In this document: positions 21,310 to 27,931 of the stretch, piece after piece | How positions within the stretch are numbered: the stretch's first letter is position 1 | Layout of the letters: each line of letters starts with the position of its first letter | Assembly (NCBI GenBank): GCA_039809865.1 | Contig: JBDHVW010000039.1 | Location: 1,758 to 65,757 of the forward strand | DNA: 64,000 nucleotides | Source: Vulcanimicrobiota bacterium | GTDB lineage: Bacteria; Vulcanimicrobiota; Xenobia; Xenobiales; QWHO01 | Reading direction: 5' to 3' | Notes under the pieces: model-generated | Database searches by the model: none | Told to the model about the DNA's origin: nothing | The model's input: only the letters and a program-made list of their open reading frames with translations | Made by a program: the position numbers and the translations under genes

Positions 21310-21732
21310 TCAGGCTCCCTCGGCGCGGGCCTTGAGGCCGGCTACGAAGTCCTGGAAGGCCTGGCTCATGTCGGGCAAGCTGGGGCCGATCAGGGCCAGC
21401 ATGGGTCCGCTGAACTGTTCGCGCAGCTCGAAGTGCTGCGCCTCGCCCTGTGGTTTCAGGGTAAAGGAGCGTATCCCGCGGAACAGACCGAGCGGCATCC
21501 CCCCTTCCCACGTCATCCGTTGACCCGGCGTGAACTCGCGCACCTTTACCGGAAACGTGCGTCCCGGACTGAGTTTGGAAAATACCTTCAGGGTCTCTCC
21601 GGGGGCGATCCGTCCCTCGATGCGGATCACGCTGGGCTCCCACTCCGGGTAGCGTGAGGCGTCGGTCAGAATGGACCAGATCTTCTCGGGGGTGGCGTTG
21701 ATGGTCGTGCTGGCTTTGAATTCCTTGGGCAT
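21310..21732 (-). CDS. SRPBCC-superfamily protein (polyketide cyclase/dehydrase-like)
   Basis: FKASTTINATPEKIWSILTDASRYPEWEP is a typical SRPBCC N-terminal signature, and the length is 140 aa. Confidence 0.8.
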   Translation of the reverse strand: MPKEFKASTTINATPEKIWSILTDASRYPEWEPSVIRIEGRIAPGETLKVFSKLSPGRTFPVKVREFTPGQRMTWEGGMPLGLFRGIRSFTLKPQGEAQHFELREQFSGPMLALIGPSLPDMSQAFQDFVAGLKARAEGA

Positions 21733-21755
21733 GGTCGTCCTCTCTTTCTGGACTC

Positions 21756-22757
21756 ATGACCGAAAGTTTGGAGGAAAGGGTACGGTCCGGCGAGCACGAT
21801 TTTCAGATGACCGTCCTGACCGAATCCGACTTCACCCAGGAGACCGAGCCCTACCGCCGGGAGCTGACCGCCCATTGCTACCGGATGGTGGGCTCGGTCC
21901 TCGAGGCCGACGACCTGGTGCAAGAGACCTTCCTGCGCGCCTGGAAGGGCCGGGCTGGTTACGCCGGGCGGGCTTCGGTGCGCGCCTGGCTCTACCGGAT
22001 CGCTACCAACGTCTCCCTGGACTTTCTGGCCACCCGCAAGGTGCGGCGCACCGTGCCGCGCCTTCGGCAGCCGGTTTCGGGGCCCGACGAGGCCGTGCCC
22101 GCCTCGGTGGACGAGCCGGTCTGGCTCGAGCCCTTCCCCCAGGAGCCTCCCGCCCCGGCCCACGAGCAGCCCGAGGCGCGCTTCACCGCCCGCGAGAGCC
22201 TGACGCTGGCGTTCATGACCGCGCTCCACCGGCTGCCGGCCCGGCAGCGCGCGGTGCTCTTGCTGCGCGACGTGCTGGGGTGGCAGGCGTCCGAGGTGGG
22301 GGAGGCGCTGGACATGACGGTGCTGGCGGTCAAAGCCGCCCTGCACCGGGCGCGCACCAGCCTGCAACTCGAGTCGACCGAGCCGATCCGCCTCACCGCC
22401 GAGCAGAGCCGCCGGCTGGAGGACTACCTGCTGGCCTGGGAGCAGGCCGACGTCGAGGCGCTGGTGGCGCTGCTGACCCAGGACGTCGTCTTCAGCATGC
22501 CGCCCATCCCTTCGTGGTACCAGGGTCGCGACTCCGTCGAGAAGCTGGTCCGAAACACCGTCTTTCGGGGTGACAGCGGGGGACGCTGGAAGCTCGTGCC
22601 CGTGCCGGGACAGGACCAGCCGACCTTCGGGCTCTACCGGTTGGGCGAGGCCTACGCGGTGCAGCTGTTGCGGGTTTCTGGCAGCGGGATCGCCGAGGTG
22701 ATCACGTTTCGGGTGCCCGCCCTGGTGGAGCGTTTCGGACTGCCGGGAAGACTCTGA
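21756..22757 (+). CDS. ECF-type sigma-70 factor with a C-terminal NTF2/SnoaL-like extension (ECF41/ECF56-like architecture)
   Basis: Region 2 is AEDLVQETFLRAWK...WLYRIATN. Region 4 is LPARQRAVLLLRDVLGWQASEVGEAL. A further ~130 aa follow region 4. Confidence 0.85.
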   Translation: MTESLEERVRSGEHDFQMTVLTESDFTQETEPYRRELTAHCYRMVGSVLEADDLVQETFLRAWKGRAGYAGRASVRAWLYRIATNVSLDFLATRKVRRTVPRLRQPVSGPDEAVPASVDEPVWLEPFPQEPPAPAHEQPEARFTARESLTLAFMTALHRLPARQRAVLLLRDVLGWQASEVGEALDMTVLAVKAALHRARTSLQLESTEPIRLTAEQSRRLEDYLLAWEQADVEALVALLTQDVVFSMPPIPSWYQGRDSVEKLVRNTVFRGDSGGRWKLVPVPGQDQPTFGLYRLGEAYAVQLLRVSGSGIAEVITFRVPALVERFGLPGRL

Positions 22758-22820
22758 CTCGTCTCGCGACGGGTGGCGGCATGACATACCCACGCCACAC
22801 GAAAGCGGTAGGTTGAGAGC

Positions 22821-23654
22821 GTGCCCGTTCCCACCCGAGCCCAGGACCTCGTCCGTTCGGCCAAGATGACCACCTATCGGGCCCTGCGCCAGCTCCGCTG
22901 GGTGCTGCAACCCGACGACTTTCCGGTCCCGGTATTGGCCGGGCCGCTGCCCGTCTGCCAGCTCTCCAAACGCAGGCTGGTGGCGCGGTTCGACGAGGAT
23001 GCCCACCCCGTTTTCGAGGCCGGCAAGCTGACCAACCTGGCGCTGGCGGCACCCTGCTTCGACGGCGTGGCGCTGGGTCCCGAGCGTCCCTTGAGCTTCT
23101 GGCGCGCGCTGGGCCCGATCACGGCCGAGCGGGGCTTCGTCGCGGGCATGGAGCTTCGGGGCGGGTGCATCGTCCCGAGCCTGGGCGGGGGGCTCTGCCT
23201 CTTGTCTAACTTGCTCTACGAGACCTCGCTCGAGCTGGGCTGGGAGATCCTGGAGCGCCACGGTCACACGCTGCAGGCCGTGCCCCATCCCGAGAACCAG
23301 CTCTGGGGCTTGGACGCCACCGTGCTGTTCCCCTACGTGGACCTGCGCGTGCGACCGCGTCAGGACGTGCGCCTGGGGCTCAAGCTAATAAGCGGCTCGC
23401 TGGAGCTGACCGTGCACGCCGACGCCCCCTGCGCCGAGCGCTGCGAGCTCTTTGAAAAACACGCCCGTCAGCAGGGAGACCTGCGCGAGAACGAGCTCTG
23501 GCGCCGCCGCTATCGGGGTGACGTGCAGGTGGCCGAAGAGCGCGTGGGCGTCAACCGCAAGCGCATTCTCGACTCGGGCCGCCGCCGCCGCAACTGCCTG
23601 ACGTGCAACGAGTTCGGCTGTCACGCGCGACCGGGCCATCTCAAGCAGCTGTGA
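22821..23654 (+). CDS. VanW-family protein
   Basis: GGGLCLLSNLLYETSLELG matches the VanW core (GGGvCQ.S..LY). The start is uncertain (GTG 22821 or ATG 22866). Confidence 0.7.
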   Translation: MPVPTRAQDLVRSAKMTTYRALRQLRWVLQPDDFPVPVLAGPLPVCQLSKRRLVARFDEDAHPVFEAGKLTNLALAAPCFDGVALGPERPLSFWRALGPITAERGFVAGMELRGGCIVPSLGGGLCLLSNLLYETSLELGWEILERHGHTLQAVPHPENQLWGLDATVLFPYVDLRVRPRQDVRLGLKLISGSLELTVHADAPCAERCELFEKHARQQGDLRENELWRRRYRGDVQVAEERVGVNRKRILDSGRRRRNCLTCNEFGCHARPGHLKQL

Positions 23655-24622
23655 TCGTCGTCGTGGCCAGCGAGCCGGCTCCCTGGCTCGATCCGTTGCT
23701 GGCGACGTTGGAGGACCGGTCCTCGGTTTTGCTGCTGGCGCCCTGGGCTCTGCCGCTCTCGTTGCCAGGGCGCTTCCTGAGTCGCCGCTACCGTCCCGGG
23801 GCTCGCTGCCTGCCGGGCTGGACCGCTCTTGAAGCCGGTTTCGCGCTCTGGGCGCGAGGTCGCACGGACCGCCAGATGGAGACGCGCTTCCGCCTTCGCT
23901 CGCTGACCGACCGCTGGGCCAGTTGGAGTCTCCCGCGCGGGGTCAAGCGGGTCTATGCGCCCAGTTGCGCCGCCCTGTGGACCTTCGCCCGGGCCCGACG
24001 GGTGGGCGCGGAGACCGTGCTGGTGGAGGATCTGCCCGCCTTGCGCGAGCTCCAGGACGACCTCGACCGGGCCGCCGCGCGCCACCCGGACTGCCGCTTC
24101 CTGCGTCGCTACCGGGCCGAGCGCAAGCGCCTGGTGCGTCAGGAGAGCGAGCGCGCGCTCAGTTCGGGCTTGCTCGTGCGCGGTCACTACGCGCGCGGCC
24201 TGCGCGGGCGCGGAGAGCCCTTGCCCGTGACGGCGGGCGCCGGGGTCTTCGAGCGTCGCTCGCGACGCATTTGCCTGGCGGGACTGGCCACCGGACGAAG
24301 CGGCGTTATGGAGGCTCTGGCCGTGCTCGAGCAACTGCCGGACTACGAGCTGGAGGTGCAGGCGGGTGAAGGCCTGGAGCCGTCCGGCCTGCTGCAGCAT
24401 CCGCGCGTGCGGCGGCGCAGTGGCCCGCCGTCGGGCGAGTTGGTGCTGGCGCCCGCGTGGTGCGAGAGCTATCTGCCCGAGGTCGAGGCGGCCCGGCGGG
24501 CCGGCGTGCCCGTCGTGGGCACCGCCCGGGCTGCCGGCTGGAGCGAGCTGAGCGCGACCGTCGAGCCGGGCGACGCCGTGGGTTTGCTGGCGGCTGCCCG
24601 CGCTCTGCTGGCGCCGGCCTGA
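23651..24622 (+). CDS. Hypothetical protein; its C-terminus weakly resembles a GT-B glycosyltransferase
   Basis: GTG 23651 overlaps the VanW stop (GTGA), indicating coupling. ...PAWCESYLPEVEAARRAGVPVVGT resembles the E-x7-E region of GT4 enzymes, but weakly. Confidence 0.4.
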   Translation: MIVVVASEPAPWLDPLLATLEDRSSVLLLAPWALPLSLPGRFLSRRYRPGARCLPGWTALEAGFALWARGRTDRQMETRFRLRSLTDRWASWSLPRGVKRVYAPSCAALWTFARARRVGAETVLVEDLPALRELQDDLDRAAARHPDCRFLRRYRAERKRLVRQESERALSSGLLVRGHYARGLRGRGEPLPVTAGAGVFERRSRRICLAGLATGRSGVMEALAVLEQLPDYELEVQAGEGLEPSGLLQHPRVRRRSGPPSGELVLAPAWCESYLPEVEAARRAGVPVVGTARAAGWSELSATVEPGDAVGLLAAARALLAPA

Positions 24623-24623
24623 C

Positions 24624-25835
24624 CTAGCCCAGCACGTCGCGCATCCGCGCGATCATCTCCTGGTAGTCGCCCTCCTGGATCCCCTGCTCCCCGCGGGCGC
24701 GCGCGTTCTGCACCGCCTGTGAGTAGATCTCCCAGATCTGCTTGGCTTCGGGCGAAAGGCGATCCTTGTTGGAGCTGACGAAGCGCTCGAGGTCGGAGAA
24801 CTCGGTGCTGGTCGACTGGCTGTCGTAGTCTTTGATGGCGTCGAGCACCAGGCGGCGCATCTCGTTGCCCGAGATCGGTCCGTTCGGGACGCGGGCCTGC
24901 AGGCTCTCGATCGCGTCGCCTGCGCTGGGGTCCTCGTACTTCCCGCTGGCGTCCTGGTTGCGCTGCTGGATCTTGGTCATGTCGCGTATCATGCGGTCGA
25001 ACCGGTCGGTCGGGATGCCCGGGTTGCCCTCGGCCTGGCTCTGCTGCACGTTGCGCTGGTAGAGCTCCCAGATCTCCTTGGCCTCGGGCGAGAGGCGTGC
25101 GTAGTTCTTCTGGACGAACTTGGAGAGGTCTTCGTACTCCTTGCTGGCGGCCTGGTTGTCCATGTCCTGGGTGGCCTCGAGGATCAGGCTCAGCATCTGG
25201 TCGCCGCTGATCGGGCCGTTCGGGTTCTGGCCTTCCAGCTTCTTGATGGCGGCTCCGGCACTGGCATCCTTATACTCGCCGCACTCCTGGTCGTCGTCCT
25301 GGATTCCGCCGGCCTGGCGCATCTTGCCCAGCATCTGCTCGTAATCCTGATGATCGATGCCCGTCTTGCCGCGGTTGCGCGAGTCCATCACCTGCTGGTA
25401 GTAGACCTGCCAGACCGCGCGGGCCTTGTCGTCCATGCGATTCCAGTTCTTCTCGACGAAGCTCTGCAGGTCTTTGAACTCGCCGCCGGCCGCGTTGTTA
25501 TCGGCGTCCTTGGTGGCCGCCTCGATCAGCCGGTAGATCTGGGTGGCGTCGATCGGGCCGTCGGGATTGGTCTGCTTGAAGTTCTCGATGGCCTGACCGG
25601 CGCCCGCGTCGGAGTAGCCGCAGGTGCAGCCGTTGCCCAGGTTGCGCACGTTGTCGACGTCGTCCTGCACCTGGCCGTAGTAGTTCTGCAGCGCCGAGAC
25701 TTCCTGGGCCGACGGCGTCGGCATCACATCCGAGAGCGGAGTGTCCGTGAGAGGCCGCATATCCACGCGGTAGCTCGTGGTGGCGGCGGTGGTCCTGATC
25801 TGGCTCGGGTTGTTGAAGTCGATGGTCATCTGCAT
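24624..25835 (-). CDS. Hypothetical protein built from three ~110-aa internal repeats (no signal peptide)
   Basis: The repeat signature Y.D.SAG.AI..L....PNGPISG...DL..FV..N..RLSPEAK.IWE.Y occurs three times. SD GGAGG precedes ATG 25835/25829. The track start at 25865 lacks an SD. Confidence 0.7.
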   Translation of the reverse strand: MQMTIDFNNPSQIRTTAATTSYRVDMRPLTDTPLSDVMPTPSAQEVSALQNYYGQVQDDVDNVRNLGNGCTCGYSDAGAGQAIENFKQTNPDGPIDATQIYRLIEAATKDADNNAAGGEFKDLQSFVEKNWNRMDDKARAVWQVYYQQVMDSRNRGKTGIDHQDYEQMLGKMRQAGGIQDDDQECGEYKDASAGAAIKKLEGQNPNGPISGDQMLSLILEATQDMDNQAASKEYEDLSKFVQKNYARLSPEAKEIWELYQRNVQQSQAEGNPGIPTDRFDRMIRDMTKIQQRNQDASGKYEDPSAGDAIESLQARVPNGPISGNEMRRLVLDAIKDYDSQSTSTEFSDLERFVSSNKDRLSPEAKQIWEIYSQAVQNARARGEQGIQEGDYQEMIARMRDVLG

Positions 25836-25865
25836 ATCCTCCGCCCCGAGAATACCACGGACCAT

Positions 25866-25980
25866 GTTTCTGGATTATGTCCTAAAAATGAACATTTTGT
25901 GATTCCATATTTGCTGGCATTATTATCTGGCTACTTTGCTGGCATTATTTTGTGTCCATATTTTGAGACAAAAAAAACGT
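25866..25980 (-). promoter_or_regulatory. AT-rich promoter island with interleaved direct repeats, upstream of the triple-repeat protein gene
   Basis: TTTGCTGGCATTATT occurs at 25910-25924 and 25935-25949 (25-nt spacing). ATTTTGTG(A/T)(TT)CCATAT(T)TTG occurs twice, flanking them. This is the most AT-rich stretch in the window. Confidence 0.5.
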
Positions 25981-26292
25981 CCCACTGCCAACCGCCAACT
26001 GCCAACTGCTAACCGTCGATCCCACGCCGTCCGCCAGGGCTTCCCCCGAGGCACTCCCGCCAGTGTCTCTCCGGGCCTCCACTGTCGACTGTCGACTGTA
26101 GACTGTCGACTGTCGACCCCCCACGGCGTCGCCGCCAGGGTCTCTGCCCCCGCCGCCGACTGCCAACTGCCACCCGTCGCCAACCGCCAGGGCTTCCCCC
26201 GAGGCACTCCCGCCAGGGTCTGTCCGGGCCTCCACTGTCGACTGTAGACTGTCGACTGTCGACCCTCCACAGCGTCGCCGCCAGGGTCTGCG
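25981..26292 (-). repeat. Composite intergenic repeat: two tandem ~144-nt units, each with a CTGCCAA array, CCGCCAGGG boxes and a CTGTCGA/CTGTAGA heptamer array
   Basis: Unit cores at 26031-26148 and 26175-26292 are near-identical (ccgccagggcttcccccgaggcactcccgccag.gtct.tccgggcctccactgtcgactg...). The heptamers are the reverse complement of the arrays at 1282, 37764, 39028 and 45208. Confidence 0.85.
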
Positions 26293-26293
26293 C

Positions 26294-26944
26294 TCAAAAC
26301 ATCCGCGGATTCGGGTGCGTCGGATTGTTGGAGCCCTCCGCCACGGCGGTTCCGTCCCTGCGCTTGCGCACGATCACGCCGCCGAGCACGACGGTCGACT
26401 CCGTCTGGGCGATGGTGGTCGTGGCGGCCGGCTTGAGCGAGGTCGCCAGGGTGGAAACTTCCTTCATGCCGTCCTTCTGGCTCAGCAGGTTGCCCACGCG
26501 GTTGCGCACGTCGAAGGGAAGGTTCATCAGGGCGCGGTTCGGATCGTTCTGGCGCCGCATCGCCTGGGCCTTGAAGTAGAGCGCTCCACCGACATAGGCG
26601 CAGGCCATCGTGGCAGCGGCCGTAATGGCGCCCGAGGCGAAGGTGGGGAACACGCCGTTGATGGCCAGAATGCCCGTGCCGACGAATCCGCACAGGCCTC
26701 CCAGCAAGAAGATAGGCTCCACGATCGTCTGCAGGACGTCGGCCTTCTTCACGCCCGCCACGCTCGTGCGGGCCGTGGTGCGATAGAGGTCGAGGGCCGC
26801 CAGATCCTCGTCCGGCTTCTTGAACTTCTCGGCCAGGTCGCGCACCTCGCCCAACTCGACGTCGGTTTCCTTCCACGCCTGGTGGAAGGCCTTGCAGCCA
26901 TCGTTGTAAAGGGGCAGGTTCTTGATGAAGCCAGTGACCGTCAT
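26294..26944 (-). CDS. Hypothetical membrane protein (2-3 central TM helices)
   Basis: Hydrophobic core IVEPIFLLGGLCGFVGTGILAINGVFPTFASGAITAAATMACAYVGGALYF. C-terminal motif TESTVVLGGVIVRKRR. Confidence 0.6.
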   Translation of the reverse strand: MTVTGFIKNLPLYNDGCKAFHQAWKETDVELGEVRDLAEKFKKPDEDLAALDLYRTTARTSVAGVKKADVLQTIVEPIFLLGGLCGFVGTGILAINGVFPTFASGAITAAATMACAYVGGALYFKAQAMRRQNDPNRALMNLPFDVRNRVGNLLSQKDGMKEVSTLATSLKPAATTTIAQTESTVVLGGVIVRKRRDGTAVAEGSNNPTHPNPRMF

Positions 26945-26995
26945 ACCTGCACTCTACCGCCAGGGCATGAAAGGAATCTCAACGAATCGAGGGAC

Positions 26996-27904
26996 ATGGT
27001 TACCAAACTCGTCGCTACCCTTCTGGCCGTCAGCCTGGCCGCTCCCGTGCTCGCCTGTTGCGCCATTCCGATGGGGCCGCCCACGGACGACAACCAGATC
27101 ACGCTCTCCGAGCAGCGCGCGTTCCTGTACCGGCAGGGCACCCGGGAGCACCTGGTCCTGTCCGTGCAGTATGACGGCGGCAGCGACTCCTTCGCCTGGG
27201 TCATCCCGGTCGAGTCGCGCCCCCAGGTGGACGTGCTCAACGGTGCCCCCTTCACCGAGCTGCGCAGCATGACGAAGGTCGTTCGACTGGCCCAATCGAT
27301 GGACGGCGGGTCCAAGGGAGCCCCCACGGCGGTTCGGGGCGTCGAGGTGCTCGAGCGCAAAGTGGCCGGTCCCTATGACCTGGCGGTGCTCAAGTCAAGC
27401 AGCAGCGGCGGGCTCTACACCTGGCTGAAGACCAATGGCTTTCAGCTCTCCAAGAACATGCGCGGAGCCCTGGATCATTACGTGCAGCGCGATTTCGTCT
27501 TCGTGGCCGCCCGCATTCGCCCCGATGACGAGAAGCAGGACGAGCTCGACGAGCGGCTGCGCCAGGGCACCATCGCGCCCATCCACCTTACCTACGAGGC
27601 CAAACAACTCAGCTATCCGCTGCGCGTGACGGCCGGAAATCCCGGCACCTCCCGGCTCGAGTTCTACGTGCTGGACGCGAAGCCCGACGACTACTCGCAT
27701 CTCGGCCTGACCGCCCAGACCTTCATGCTGAAGCCCAACGGCAAAGACGGTTTCCAGGTGAGCGGGCCGCCCGGGGCCGAAAATCCCACCGCGCCGTTCC
27801 CGACCATCCGCAAGCTCATTCCCAGCGGTGGCAAGCTGACGAAGTATACCGGGGTGCTGCCCGACGAGCGGCGCCAGGAAGACCTGGTCTTCGACAAGAT
27901 TTGA
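26996..27904 (+). CDS. DUF2330-family secreted protein
   Basis: Signal peptide MVTKLVATLLAVSLAAPVLACC. The ...DSFAWVIPVESRPQVDV..APFTELRSMT and GPYDLAVLKS blocks match the recalled DUF2330 pattern. The track ORF start at 26315 overlaps the opposite gene and is rejected. Confidence 0.7.
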   Translation: MVTKLVATLLAVSLAAPVLACCAIPMGPPTDDNQITLSEQRAFLYRQGTREHLVLSVQYDGGSDSFAWVIPVESRPQVDVLNGAPFTELRSMTKVVRLAQSMDGGSKGAPTAVRGVEVLERKVAGPYDLAVLKSSSSGGLYTWLKTNGFQLSKNMRGALDHYVQRDFVFVAARIRPDDEKQDELDERLRQGTIAPIHLTYEAKQLSYPLRVTAGNPGTSRLEFYVLDAKPDDYSHLGLTAQTFMLKPNGKDGFQVSGPPGAENPTAPFPTIRKLIPSGGKLTKYTGVLPDERRQEDLVFDKI

Positions 27905-27931
27905 GGCCGGCGGGGGAGAATTCTCCCGACA

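Noticed and set aside
25886-25960. TGTGA / TCACA elements in the AT-rich island, considered as CRP/FNR or Rex operators.
   Set aside because: Only half-sites are present (TTTTGTGATTCC, TTTTGTGTCC), without the symmetric partner at the required spacing. The repeats are direct, not inverted.
25923-26876. ORFs reading through the heptamer/CCGCCAGGG repeats, giving peptides such as SRQSTVDSRQ, WQLAVG and GKPWR. Related ORFs are 25945-26235, 25936-26247, 43937-45280, 45171-45467 and 45225-45590.
   Set aside because: They are generated by non-coding tandem repeats present in both orientations at several intergenic loci. They have no SD, and they overlap real genes.
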